Shown here in pieces: positions 21,270 to 31,120 of a stretch of DNA of 60,729 bases (the first letter of the stretch is position 1; every line of letters starts with the position of its first letter). The DNA comes from Sulfuricurvum sp. (GTDB taxonomy: Bacteria > Campylobacterota > Campylobacteria > Campylobacterales > Sulfurimonadaceae), in contig DASUNE010000143.1 in assembly GCA_036277315.1 (NCBI GenBank), forward strand, positions 1 through 60,729, written 5' to 3'. The notes beneath the pieces were generated by a model that saw nothing but the letters and a program-made list of their open reading frames with translations, was not told where the DNA came from and did not search any database. Made by a program: the position numbers and the translations under genes.

Positions 21270-22578
21270 CGCCCGTGATAGTTGCCAGCGGGTGTGTTCC
21301 GGAAAGTTCTGTAATACGGGCTTTGTACCTTTTCCCATAGACGAGCTCTTCATCGATTTCACGATCGTTGACGTAGATTTCGCCATCAACATCGGGCGTC
21401 CAGTTGAGGGCTCTGCTGCTTAGGAGAAATTCGTGTTCATCGCTCTCTCCGTCGATGACGAGGGAGATTTCCGTGCCTATGAGTTTTTCAAGGCTTTTGA
21501 TCTCAACCTCAGAAGCAATTTTTCCCAGTTTTTTGGCACGAGCATTGATGATTTTGGCAGGAATCTTATCCTCCATAGTAAACGCACTCGTCCCCTCTTC
21601 ATCCGAATAGCTAAAGACGTTGAGACGATCAAAGCCAAAAGAAGCGGCAAATTCTGCCATCTCTTCGAACATGGCTTCGCTCTCATGCGGATGACCGACG
21701 ATAAAGCTCGTACGGACAAACGAGTTGGGGAGTGCTTTCATGGCATTGAGAAGTTCGAGTGTTTTTTCTTTTCCAAAACCGCGTTTCATAATGCGCAGCA
21801 TCTCATCGTTGATGTGCTGGATCGGCATATCAAAATAGTTATGGAAGATTTTCGAATCGCCGATGGCTTTAACGAGTTTTAGGGTTGTAGTCGAAGGGTA
21901 AAGATACAAGATACGAGCACTTTTGACGCCGTCGATAAGTTCGATCCGTTTGATAAGGTGGATAAGGCCATCGGTGATGTTTTGATCACGCAGATACGAA
22001 CTGGAGTCTTGGGAAACGAAACTAAAGTCGTAATATCCCTTGGCGACCAACCCTTCTACTTCGCGTGCGATGCTCTCCAAATCTCTCGAATTGAGTTTCC
22101 CTTTGAACGAGGGGATGGCACAAAAACTGCATTGTTGATTGCACCCTTCGGAGAGTTTGATGTAGGCATGATAGGTGGATCCCGTAACGACACGCTCGGC
22201 TCCGTCGATCAGGTACACTTCAGGAGAAAAACGGCTTTGTTTGAGCGCTAACAGCTCATCGATTTTATCGTAATCGCCGACCCCGGTGAAAATATCGACT
22301 TCGGTCAGCTCTTTGGCCAGATCTTCTTTGTAGCGCTCGCTCAAACACCCTGCCATCACCAAAACAGACTCTTTTTTTCGTCCTGCATTGAGATTGAAAA
22401 CGGTATTAAGCGACTCTTGCTTGGCGGCATCGATGAATCCACAGGTATTGACAATGATAACATCGGCATCGGTACCGTCATCGGTCATGGTGTAGTTTTG
22501 AAGCCGTCCCAGCATTACCTCGGTATCAACGAGATTTTTGGTACAACCCAATGATACGATGTGAAGTTTTTTAGACAT
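21262..22578 (-). CDS. rimO: Ribosomal protein S12 methylthiotransferase
   Basis: SLGCTKNLVDTE, NTCGFI, CNQQCSFC radical SAM motif, PDVDG. Confidence 0.95.
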   Translation of the reverse strand: MSKKLHIVSLGCTKNLVDTEVMLGRLQNYTMTDDGTDADVIIVNTCGFIDAAKQESLNTVFNLNAGRKKESVLVMAGCLSERYKEDLAKELTEVDIFTGVGDYDKIDELLALKQSRFSPEVYLIDGAERVVTGSTYHAYIKLSEGCNQQCSFCAIPSFKGKLNSRDLESIAREVEGLVAKGYYDFSFVSQDSSSYLRDQNITDGLIHLIKRIELIDGVKSARILYLYPSTTTLKLVKAIGDSKIFHNYFDMPIQHINDEMLRIMKRGFGKEKTLELLNAMKALPNSFVRTSFIVGHPHESEAMFEEMAEFAASFGFDRLNVFSYSDEEGTSAFTMEDKIPAKIINARAKKLGKIASEVEIKSLEKLIGTEISLVIDGESDEHEFLLSSRALNWTPDVDGEIYVNDREIDEELVYGKRYKARITELSGTHPLATITGDA

Positions 22579-22635
22579 TAATAACCTTGATAAAATAATA
22601 CTATTATTATAGCCAAAGAGAGTTTTAGCTACACT

Positions 22636-23211
22636 TTGGTTATGCGATATTTAATATTCTTTTTAGCTTTGATCCCCTTGCTCGCAATGGGAGTTGTGTA
22701 TGCTCATACGTTGGGTTTTGAGTGGTTTGATGCAGCCGTGGTATGGTGCGAAAATGCGTTTGGAATCCATGTTTTCCATCCTCGTCATCTTTTTTATTAC
22801 CTCAGTTTTATGGCAGGAAAGAGTGCCCTTTGGATTTTGATTTTTGCCTTTTGGATCAGTCCGCTTTATACGTTTGTTCGGTTTGATTTGCGAGAATTTA
22901 AAAAAACATTGGGCGGATTTTCGATTGGGTATGCTTTTTTGCATCTTTTATTTTTTGCTCTTGCGTATGGGTTTAGCGTCAATGCATTGAGCAAGGCGAT
23001 GATGAATCATCCCTTCTTGAGTTTTGGAGTGGGGGCGTTGCTGATTTTGGCTTTGGCCCCTTTATCCAAGGCAGGGTACAAGTTTCTTTATTTGGGTGTG
23101 GTTGCGGTGATAATCCATCTTTTATTAGGGGATAAAATACTTTCGTTGGAACACATTGTCGCCGTATCATTACTCGCAACAGCGATGGCATTGCGACTGA
23201 TTAAGCGATAG
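22636..23211 (+). CDS. MsrQ/ferric-reductase-like transmembrane protein
   Basis: Multiple TM helices; GKSALW...SP, KKTLG...YAFLH pattern resembling MsrQ (RRxLG...YxxLH). Confidence 0.6.
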   Translation: MVMRYLIFFLALIPLLAMGVVYAHTLGFEWFDAAVVWCENAFGIHVFHPRHLFYYLSFMAGKSALWILIFAFWISPLYTFVRFDLREFKKTLGGFSIGYAFLHLLFFALAYGFSVNALSKAMMNHPFLSFGVGALLILALAPLSKAGYKFLYLGVVAVIIHLLLGDKILSLEHIVAVSLLATAMALRLIKR

Positions 23212-24366
23212 ATGAGACATTTCGACGTCCTTATTCTAGGATCCGGTGCTTCGGGTTTGATGTGCGCCGCGCAGCTCGTAGAAAAAACCTCTTTGAAAAT
23301 TGCCATTATTGATGGAAACAGCCGTCCTGCCCTCAAGCTCAAAGCCAGCGGCGGCGGAAAATGCAATCTGACCAACGTTGCCGTCGATGCAACCCATTTC
23401 TTAGGAGATGAATCCCTTGTTTCTTACGCTTTGAGTGTTTTTTCCAAAGAAGCCCTTTTGGATTATTTTCATAAAGGGGGGCTTCGTCCCGTGATCCGCA
23501 AAGAGCGCTATTATTTTTGTCCGAAAAGTTCCGATGAAGTGATTTCCATTTTGATGGGACGATCTCAGGGATGCGAGATGCTTTTGGGGCACAAGATTGT
23601 GAGCGTTGAAGGAGCTGACCCTTTCGTAGTGACGACCGATAAGGGGAAATTCAGTGCTGCCAATGTTGTCGTAGCAACGGGCGGTGCCAGTTACAAAGAG
23701 CTGGGGGCAAGCGATATCGGCCTTAAAATAGCGCAGGATTATGGGCATGCTATTATCCCTTTTGCTCCGGCTTTGGTGGGGTTGACCCTGCAGCCCAAAG
23801 AATTTTGGATGAAAGAACTCAGCGGTATCAGTTTTCCTGCACGTATCCGTGTGGGTCAAAAAACACTGGAGGAGGATTTACTCTTTGCCCACAAGGGTAT
23901 CAGCGGTCCTGTCGTTTTGTCGGCATCGTTGTACTGGCACAAAGGGGAGATAGCCATTGATTTTTGTCCCGATGTTGATCTTCAAAAACTGTTGAACGAA
24001 AAAAAGCTTTTAAGCTCCGTGCTTCCTCTTCCTAAGCGGTTTATCAAAGCCTTTTTAGATGCCATTGCTTTGGAAGACAAGCCGTGTAACCGTTTGAGCA
24101 GTGATGAGCGTGAAAAACTGATTCGACTTCAAAACTACACGATGGCCCCTTCGGGAACGTTTGGATTTTCCAAAGCCGAAGTATGCAAAGGCGGTGTGGC
24201 TGCCCAAGAGATAGAAAAACTTACCATGGAAAGTCACACGATTAAAGGACTCTATTTCATCGGTGAAACGGTGGATGTTACCGGAGAACTTGGCGGCTAC
24301 AATTTTCAATGGGCATTTAGTTCAGCGGTAGTGTGTTCGAATGCAATCGCCAGTAATTATGGTTGA
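23212..24366 (+). CDS. HI0933/BaiN-family FAD-dependent oxidoreductase
   Basis: GSGASG, SGGGKCNLTN, ATGGAS, HKGISGP, GELGGYNFQWAFSS. Confidence 0.92.
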   Translation: MRHFDVLILGSGASGLMCAAQLVEKTSLKIAIIDGNSRPALKLKASGGGKCNLTNVAVDATHFLGDESLVSYALSVFSKEALLDYFHKGGLRPVIRKERYYFCPKSSDEVISILMGRSQGCEMLLGHKIVSVEGADPFVVTTDKGKFSAANVVVATGGASYKELGASDIGLKIAQDYGHAIIPFAPALVGLTLQPKEFWMKELSGISFPARIRVGQKTLEEDLLFAHKGISGPVVLSASLYWHKGEIAIDFCPDVDLQKLLNEKKLLSSVLPLPKRFIKAFLDAIALEDKPCNRLSSDEREKLIRLQNYTMAPSGTFGFSKAEVCKGGVAAQEIEKLTMESHTIKGLYFIGETVDVTGELGGYNFQWAFSSAVVCSNAIASNYG

Positions 24367-24476
24367 TAGGCAATGTTCCAAAGGGGTTAATAAAACACCT
24401 AAATCCAAAAGCCGTTGGGGAATTTAATCTTATCTCGAGTAAAATGCACTATTAAACTTAACCAATGGAGTCGTGC

Positions 24477-25271
24477 ATGATACTTCTAGCAGGTCCTTGC
24501 GTCATCGAGAGCGAAGAGTCGATCTTTAGAATCGCCAAAAGCCTAGAGCGTTATCACAACGATTCTCGATTTGATTTTTATTTTAAATCGAGTTTTGACA
24601 AAGCCAACCGTACCTCACTGGACAGCTATCGTGGACCAGGGCTCGAAGAGGGCTTGCGAATTTTGCAAAAAGTCAAAGAGGATTTTGGGTATAAGATTGT
24701 CACGGATGTGCATGAAAGCTATCAGGTTCCCATTGCCGCAGAAGTCATCGACATGATTCAAATTCCTGCTTTTTTGTGTCGCCAAACCGATTTGCTCGTG
24801 GCGGCAGCTAAGACCGATAAAATCGTGAACATCAAAAAGGGGCAGTTTATGACTCCGAGTGATATGCAGTTTTCGGTGGCAAAAGTCCTCAAAACACGCG
24901 GATGCGATGAGGTCAGCTACGAAGCGTCCAAAAAAAATGGGGTCTTGCTGTGTGAGCGCGGTTCGACGTTCGGATACGGCAATCTTGTGGTCGATATGCG
25001 TTCACTTCCTATTATGCGCCAGTTTGCTCCGGTTATCTTTGATGCGACCCATTCGGTACAGATGCCGGGTACGGGAACGGGGAAAACAGGCGGAGACAGC
25101 TCAATGGTTCCTCATTTGGCACGCGCGGCAGCAGCTGTTGGGGTGGATGGATTTTTCTTTGAAACGCACTTTGATCCTATTTGTGCTTTGAGTGATGGAC
25201 CAAATATGCTAAAATTAGAGCAATTAGAAGAGTTAAGCGAAAAACTGTTGCAGTTGGATGCGATTAAATAG
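24477..25271 (+). CDS. kdsA: KDO8P synthase
   Basis: [38 protein letters not shown]; start ATG 24477 after GGAG. Confidence 0.96.
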   Translation: MILLAGPCVIESEESIFRIAKSLERYHNDSRFDFYFKSSFDKANRTSLDSYRGPGLEEGLRILQKVKEDFGYKIVTDVHESYQVPIAAEVIDMIQIPAFLCRQTDLLVAAAKTDKIVNIKKGQFMTPSDMQFSVAKVLKTRGCDEVSYEASKKNGVLLCERGSTFGYGNLVVDMRSLPIMRQFAPVIFDATHSVQMPGTGTGKTGGDSSMVPHLARAAAAVGVDGFFFETHFDPICALSDGPNMLKLEQLEELSEKLLQLDAIK

Positions 25272-25303
25272 AAAAAAAAGAATAAAACCCACAAAGGAAA
25301 AAT

Positions 25304-25774
25304 ATGAACGTAATTGAAGGAAAACTGAGTGTTCGTAATGGCAAAAAAGTTGCGATCGTCAGTACGAGATGGAACCATTTTATTGTAGACAGACTGGTTG
25401 AAGGGGCCAAAGATGCGTTTGCACGCCATGGCGGGAATGATGAAGATTTGACCCATGTCTTGGCGCCGGGCGCATTCGAGCTTCCGATGGTGATCGATCA
25501 GCTCTTAAGCAGCGGAAAATTTGATGCGGTTTGTGCATTGGGCGCGGTGATTCGCGGCTCAACCCCTCATTTTGACTATGTCTCTGCGGAAGCGACCAAA
25601 GGGATTGCAAGCATGAGTCTTAAACACAACAAACCGGTATCGTTCGGACTTCTGACTACGGACACGATCGAACAGGCAATCGAGCGTGCAGGGACAAAAG
25701 CCGGTAATAAAGGGTTTGAAGCGATGACCGTTGTGATCGAAATGATTGATCTGTACGAAGCGATCGGCGCATAA
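25304..25774 (+). CDS. ribH: 6,7-dimethyl-8-ribityllumazine synthase
   Basis: [25 protein letters not shown]. Confidence 0.97.
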   Translation: MNVIEGKLSVRNGKKVAIVSTRWNHFIVDRLVEGAKDAFARHGGNDEDLTHVLAPGAFELPMVIDQLLSSGKFDAVCALGAVIRGSTPHFDYVSAEATKGIASMSLKHNKPVSFGLLTTDTIEQAIERAGTKAGNKGFEAMTVVIEMIDLYEAIGA

Positions 25775-26172
25775 TGGCAACACGACATCAAGCCCGTATG
25801 GCCGTTGTAAGCCTTTTGTATGCATACGATTTGGGTAACCAGACCATTGCCGATTTTAGTGACGAGATTATGGAAGAGAAAAAAATCCGCAACAAACAGC
25901 GTGACTTTGCGATGGATCTGTTTCGAGGTGTGACCGAGCATTTGGAAGAAGTTGATACCGCGATCGTGAAACATCTCAAAGACTGGGATTTTGACCGTCT
26001 TGGCTCTATCGAGCGGGCAACATTACGTTTGGGCGGATATGAGATTATGTACGGTGAACTGGATTCGGCCGTGATTATCAACGAAGCCATCGAGGTGGCA
26101 AAAGCGTTTGGGAGTGAACAATCTCCAAAGTTTATTAATGGTGTCCTCGACGCGATTTCAAAAGATAAGTAG
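25774..26172 (+). CDS. nusB: Transcription antitermination factor NusB
   Basis: RHQAR, IINEAIEVAK, FINGVLD. Confidence 0.96.
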   Translation: MATRHQARMAVVSLLYAYDLGNQTIADFSDEIMEEKKIRNKQRDFAMDLFRGVTEHLEEVDTAIVKHLKDWDFDRLGSIERATLRLGGYEIMYGELDSAVIINEAIEVAKAFGSEQSPKFINGVLDAISKDK

Positions 26173-26178
26173 TCTTTA

Positions 26179-27225
26179 ATGCGTCTTACTCCAGAACAAG
26201 CGCTTGATTTAATCCAAAACGGCGATTTAAAAGAGCTGGGAAAAATGGCAACGGCTCGTAAAAAAGAGCTTCATCCTGAAGGGATTACGACCTTTGTCGT
26301 CGATCGAAACATCAACTATACAAATGTCTGTTGGGTCGATTGTAAGTTTTGCGCTTTTTACCGCAGTCCGAAATCCGATGAGGCGTATGTTCTCACGTTT
26401 GAAGAGATCGACCAAAAAATCGATGAGCTTCTCGAAATCGGGGGAACGCAGATCTTGTTCCAAGGGGGTGTCCATCCCAAGCTCAAAATCGAATGGTATG
26501 AGGATTTGGTCGAACACATTCATACCAAATATCCGATGATCACGATTCACGGATTTTCGTCGATCGAGCTGGATTACATCGCTAAAGTCTCTCACATTAC
26601 CATTCAAGAATGTCTTGCGCGCCTTCATGCCAAAGGGTTGGCTTCCATACCGGGAGCTGGGGCAGAGATCCTTAGCGATCGCGTCCGTGATATCATCGCT
26701 CCCAAAAAAATCGACAGTGAAGTCTGGCTGCACGTTCACCGTGAAGCACACAAGTTGGGGATTAAATCCACCGCTACGATGATGTACGGTACGGTTGAAA
26801 CAGACGAAGAGATTGTTGAGCATTGGAATATGATCCGAAAACTTCAAGACGAAACAGGCGGTTTTCGAGCGTTCATTATGTGGTCATTTCAGGGGATGAA
26901 TACCCAGCTTATGGAAGAGCATCCAGAGATCGAAAAACAATCTTCCAACCGATATTTACGTCTGTTGGCCGTATCACGACTGTTCTTGGATAACTTTGAA
27001 AACATTCAAAGCTCTTGGGTGACACAAGGACCGTATATCGGTCAGATGGCGTTGTTGTTTGGTGCAAACGATTTAGGTTCGACCATGATGGAAGAAAATG
27101 TCGTGCGCAGTGCAGGTGCAGGATTTCGTATGGCAAAAGACGAGATGGTCCGTCTCATCCGTGATATCGGCGAGACACCGGCTATTCGAAATACGGCGTA
27201 TGATGTATTAGAGACATTTGCTTGA
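26179..27225 (+). CDS. mqnC: Cyclic dehypoxanthine futalosine synthase
   Basis: DRNINYTNVC..CKFCAF radical SAM, PGAGAEIL, GANDLGSTMMEENVV. Confidence 0.92.
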   Translation: MRLTPEQALDLIQNGDLKELGKMATARKKELHPEGITTFVVDRNINYTNVCWVDCKFCAFYRSPKSDEAYVLTFEEIDQKIDELLEIGGTQILFQGGVHPKLKIEWYEDLVEHIHTKYPMITIHGFSSIELDYIAKVSHITIQECLARLHAKGLASIPGAGAEILSDRVRDIIAPKKIDSEVWLHVHREAHKLGIKSTATMMYGTVETDEEIVEHWNMIRKLQDETGGFRAFIMWSFQGMNTQLMEEHPEIEKQSSNRYLRLLAVSRLFLDNFENIQSSWVTQGPYIGQMALLFGANDLGSTMMEENVVRSAGAGFRMAKDEMVRLIRDIGETPAIRNTAYDVLETFA

Positions 27226-28508
27226 AATTTTTAACCGTTATTATTTTATTTTTAGGGCATACACTTATGGCGAGTACATTAGAATTTATAGAGGTAAAAG
27301 GGGTGAAAATCCCTTTTATTTACGAGCAGGACACACGTTTGCCTATCGTCTCAATGCAGGTTGTTTTTACGGGCAGCGGCAGTATCGACGAGGGTCCGAC
27401 TGGGGGTTTGGCACGTTTGAGTGCCAAAATGATGAATGAGGGGACACGCAAGCTTGGCGCAGTAGGTTTTGCCGATGCCCTCGATGCGCGTGCGATCGAG
27501 CTTAGTACCAATGCGGGATCTGAAACATTTGTCATGGAACTGGGAACACTGAAAGAGGAGTTTGACGCAGGTCTTAGGCTGATGAGCCAGCTGATCAAAT
27601 CCCCCAACCTTACCAAAGAGACACTTGAAAAGGTTAAAACCCTAACGATGAGTGATATTGCTCGAAAAGAAGCAGATTTTGATACGGTAGCTTCCGATGA
27701 ACTCAAAGCGATATTGTTTGAGGGGACACCTATAGCGACTCCCAATATCGGAACCAAAGAATCTATCGAAAAGATAAAGCTTAAAAATGTGGAAGCTTTT
27801 TTAGGGAATAAAATGGTTCTCTCGAATTCTCTTGTGGTGATCGGAGGAGATGTCAGTTTGAACGATGCAAAGCAAAAAGTCTCTCAACTGCTTTCATCGC
27901 TTCCTAAAGGGGAGGCATCTGCTGCACGTCATTATGAGATTCGAAAATCTCCCAAAGAGAGTGTATTGAATCGCCCGCAAACCCAACAAGCGTATTTGTA
28001 CTTTGGTGCACCGTTTGCGATGAAGGAGGGTGATCCAGAGTTTTACAAAGCGCGTGTGGCCATGTTTATCTTGGGCTCGAGTGGATTTGGAAGTCGTTTG
28101 ATGGAAGAGATCCGTGTGAAACGCGGGTTGGCGTATTCGGCCTATTCACGTCTGGGAGTAGCAAAAACCCATACGTATTTCAGTGGTTATCTTCAAACCA
28201 AACTCGAGTCTCAAGCCGAAGCCAAAAAAAGTGTCATTGAAGTCATCGATACATTTGTAAAAAATGGCGTGACGCAAGGAGAACTGGATCAAGCCCGAAA
28301 GTTTTTGCTAGGTTCTGAACCGTTACGCGTTGAAACTCTTTCGCAGCGTCTTGGACGAACGTTTAGCGAGTATTATCAAGGGTATGAGTTGGGTCATTCC
28401 GTAAAAGAACTGGAGATGATTCGGAACCTTAGTCTCGAAGATTTGAATGAATTTATCAAACGGCATAATGAGATTACGCAACTAAGCTATGCCATTGTTA
28501 CTAAATAA
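27222..28508 (+). CDS. M16 family peptidase-like protein (inactive-type subunit)
   Basis: GFGSRLMEEIRVKRGLAYS motif; HxxEH zinc motif absent (GLARLSAKMMNEG). Confidence 0.85.
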   Translation: MKFLTVIILFLGHTLMASTLEFIEVKGVKIPFIYEQDTRLPIVSMQVVFTGSGSIDEGPTGGLARLSAKMMNEGTRKLGAVGFADALDARAIELSTNAGSETFVMELGTLKEEFDAGLRLMSQLIKSPNLTKETLEKVKTLTMSDIARKEADFDTVASDELKAILFEGTPIATPNIGTKESIEKIKLKNVEAFLGNKMVLSNSLVVIGGDVSLNDAKQKVSQLLSSLPKGEASAARHYEIRKSPKESVLNRPQTQQAYLYFGAPFAMKEGDPEFYKARVAMFILGSSGFGSRLMEEIRVKRGLAYSAYSRLGVAKTHTYFSGYLQTKLESQAEAKKSVIEVIDTFVKNGVTQGELDQARKFLLGSEPLRVETLSQRLGRTFSEYYQGYELGHSVKELEMIRNLSLEDLNEFIKRHNEITQLSYAIVTK

Positions 28509-30276
28509 AGACGACGCCGATAAATTTCACCGCCTGGGAGTGGGGAGCGTCACAGCGCTGTCTCTCATAGCTCCCGCCTCTTTTGAAGATCGTCGTCTCA
28601 GCACTCAATTAAGGAACAATACTGCCTGTGTCATCGATGCAACGGTGGAGAGCGTTGTTCGAACTCCTAAAACCCTTAAAATCACGTTTTTTGCCCACAA
28701 TCTCGATGAACGGTTTGAAGGGATCATTTTTCATCCAAAGCCCTATATGGTTCATCAGTTTCCTTCTCATCAAAGAGCGTTTTTTAGTGGTAAAGCAGTG
28801 CTAGAGCAGGGACGATGGCAGATGATTCATCCCCTCAAAATTACAGCGGTCGGATCCCTTGTTCCCATCTATAAAACTCCGTTACGGATTGATGTGATGC
28901 GTCGCCTCATCGAAAAATACATTACGATAGAGTTTTTGATGGCGGATGGATTACCGGAGTCGGTTGCACAAACCCTGTATACAATTCATTTCCCCAATAT
29001 CCCTCAACCTCTGAATGACCAACAAATAGAGGCTCTAAAATTTGCCGAACTGTATGATTATATGCGCCGTCTTCGGTTAAAACGCCGTTTTCATCCCAGC
29101 CAATACAAAGCTCGCGGAGGAATTGAAGATTGGATTAAAACACTCCCTTTTAGCCTCACAAAGGATCAAAAGAAGGCGATTGATGAGATAAAAAAAGATT
29201 TACAAGGGGAAAGTGCCGCACGTCGGATGATTGTGGGGGATGTGGGTTGTGGGAAAACAATGGTGATTTTGGCGTCGGTGTTGCTGATGCGACCCTTTCG
29301 TTCTATCCTTATGGCCCCTACGACAATACTTGCGGCGCAGCTTTTTGAGGAGGCACAAAAGTTTCTCCCCCATCTGCGCATTGCACTGGTGACCAATGCG
29401 ACTAAAAAAGGGTCATTGGAGGAGTATGATTTTATCATCGGCACCCACGCATTGCTTCATCGTGACCTTCCCGTTGCAGGTCTTGTGATGGTGGATGAAC
29501 AGCACCGTTTTGGCACCGCACAACGCCATGCGCTCACCAAGCTGACCGAAAATGACTCCTCTCCCCATTTTTTACAATTTTCGGCGACTCCCATCCCTCG
29601 TACTCTGGCAATGATTGAATCCGCCCATATCGATGTCAGCCTTATCGTCCAAACCCCTTTCACGAAAAACATTGCAACAAAAATCATTCATAAAAACGAT
29701 TTTCCTCTATTGTTAGAACATATTCATCGTGAACTAGAGCAAGAACATCAAGTCTTGCTCGTCTATCCGCTCGTAGAACAAAGCGAGCATATTGACTACC
29801 AAAGCATTGATGAAGCACGAGGATTTTGGGAAAAAAAATTTCAAAAGGTCTACGTCACCCACGGTAAAGACAAAGACAAAGAGGCCGTATTGCGAGAATT
29901 TCGAGATGAGGGGAATATCTTGCTCGCAACCACGGTCGTCGAAGTAGGGATTTCCCTTCCGCGTCTCACTACGGTTATCATTGTCGGAGCAGAACGTTTA
30001 GGACTTTCCACCCTCCATCAGCTTCGAGGACGCGTCAGCCGTACGGGACTTCAGGGGTATTGCTATCTTTATACCAATAGCTCTGGAAAAAATGAACGGC
30101 TTGAATCGTTTGGCGGCTGTATGAGCGGTTTTGAGATTGCGGCACTGGATCTAAAATTTCGCTCTAGCGGTGATTTGCTGGAGGGGAGTATTCAAAGCGG
30201 TAAAAAGTTTCGTTGGGCGGATATGGTAGAGGATGAAGAAATAGTGAGAAAGGTCAAGGAATATCTTGACCTTTAG
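28489..30276 (+). CDS. recG: ATP-dependent DNA helicase RecG
   Basis: GDVGCGKT, DEQHRFG, SATPIPRT, QLRGRVSR. Confidence 0.95.
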   Translation: MPLLLNKDDADKFHRLGVGSVTALSLIAPASFEDRRLSTQLRNNTACVIDATVESVVRTPKTLKITFFAHNLDERFEGIIFHPKPYMVHQFPSHQRAFFSGKAVLEQGRWQMIHPLKITAVGSLVPIYKTPLRIDVMRRLIEKYITIEFLMADGLPESVAQTLYTIHFPNIPQPLNDQQIEALKFAELYDYMRRLRLKRRFHPSQYKARGGIEDWIKTLPFSLTKDQKKAIDEIKKDLQGESAARRMIVGDVGCGKTMVILASVLLMRPFRSILMAPTTILAAQLFEEAQKFLPHLRIALVTNATKKGSLEEYDFIIGTHALLHRDLPVAGLVMVDEQHRFGTAQRHALTKLTENDSSPHFLQFSATPIPRTLAMIESAHIDVSLIVQTPFTKNIATKIIHKNDFPLLLEHIHRELEQEHQVLLVYPLVEQSEHIDYQSIDEARGFWEKKFQKVYVTHGKDKDKEAVLREFRDEGNILLATTVVEVGISLPRLTTVIIVGAERLGLSTLHQLRGRVSRTGLQGYCYLYTNSSGKNERLESFGGCMSGFEIAALDLKFRSSGDLLEGSIQSGKKFRWADMVEDEEIVRKVKEYLDL

Positions 30277-30277
30277 G

Positions 30278-30814
30278 TTAATACAACCCAAATTTCCCGT
30301 CATTGCGTTTGAAAAGAACTCTCATTTTACCCTCTATGTCGTAAAAGACGTCAAACTGCTTTCCGCCGCTTTTTAGATTTTCCAGAACATCTGCTACTTC
30401 TTGGGGTTTGTAAAGCTCCAATTCCATGGGGACAATCTCATCTTCCATTGCTTCCCCGATAGCATGTAAGTCAACGGTGTGGGCAGCCGCATTTTTTGCC
30501 TCATTCAGCCCTTCGTTTTTATGATCACTCAGACGGTCATGTAGACGGCGAAGTGCTTTTTGCGCACGGTCGATGGCAATGTCGATTGCCGCGTAGAGGT
30601 CATTGTCTCGCTGGGTGATGACGATGGTGTTTTTACCGGCCACATTGATGGTAAATTCAATCATAACCCCTTTTTTACGCTCATTCATAGAAGCGATGGC
30701 ATTAACGCTGATAAGGTCGAGATTGTATTTGCCCAGAGTGTCGATAGAGTGCATTAGATGATCTTTGATCGCATCGCTAAGCTCGATGTGGCGTCCGACG
30801 AGAGAGATATTCAT
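30278..30814 (-). CDS. hpf: Ribosome hibernation promoting factor (long HPF)
   Basis: GRHIELSDA, DLYAAIDIAIDR, C-terminal KRNDGKFGL domain. Confidence 0.9.
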   Translation of the reverse strand: MNISLVGRHIELSDAIKDHLMHSIDTLGKYNLDLISVNAIASMNERKKGVMIEFTINVAGKNTIVITQRDNDLYAAIDIAIDRAQKALRRLHDRLSDHKNEGLNEAKNAAAHTVDLHAIGEAMEDEIVPMELELYKPQEVADVLENLKSGGKQFDVFYDIEGKMRVLFKRNDGKFGLY

Positions 30815-30953
30815 GGGGTACTGCCTTAGTGTAAATTTTGAAGTGAAATTGATTATAACATAGAAAAATCAATGATACAACCGATGTAATGCCAAATGCT
30901 AGAAGACAAAAATTTATAATAACACATTTTAATTACTTCTTAATAATAGGTTG

Positions 30954-31116
30954 ACTAAACTTAGGAAAATGGCGTTTTTTCCAAACACTGAAGAGAGCAT
31001 AGAAGAGTTTTAGAAATTGTCGTAAGAGTCGATTTTGTCGTATAAAACTCCCCTCGGTTTATAGTTCTTATTTGCCGAGCCCTAACAGTTTAGTGCCTTA
31101 GAAATCCCAAGGAGGA
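30954..31116 (+). promoter_or_regulatory. Candidate structured 5' leader of the adhesin/minor-pilin operon
   Basis: Enclosing stem 30954-30965/31081-31094, GUAA-tetraloop arm 31005-31050, arm 31053-31079; not matched to a known family. Confidence 0.4.
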
Positions 31117-31120
31117 TGAG

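Noticed and set aside
30988-31020. CTGAAGA...GAAA resembling a hammerhead ribozyme core
   Set aside because: The stem II closing pair next to GAAA is not formed, and no convincing stems I/III with an NUH site were found
30954-31100. c-di-GMP-I (GEMM) riboswitch call for the adhesin leader
   Set aside because: The GGCAAA...GAAA...GACGCAAA consensus is not visible; kept only as an unclassified structured leader
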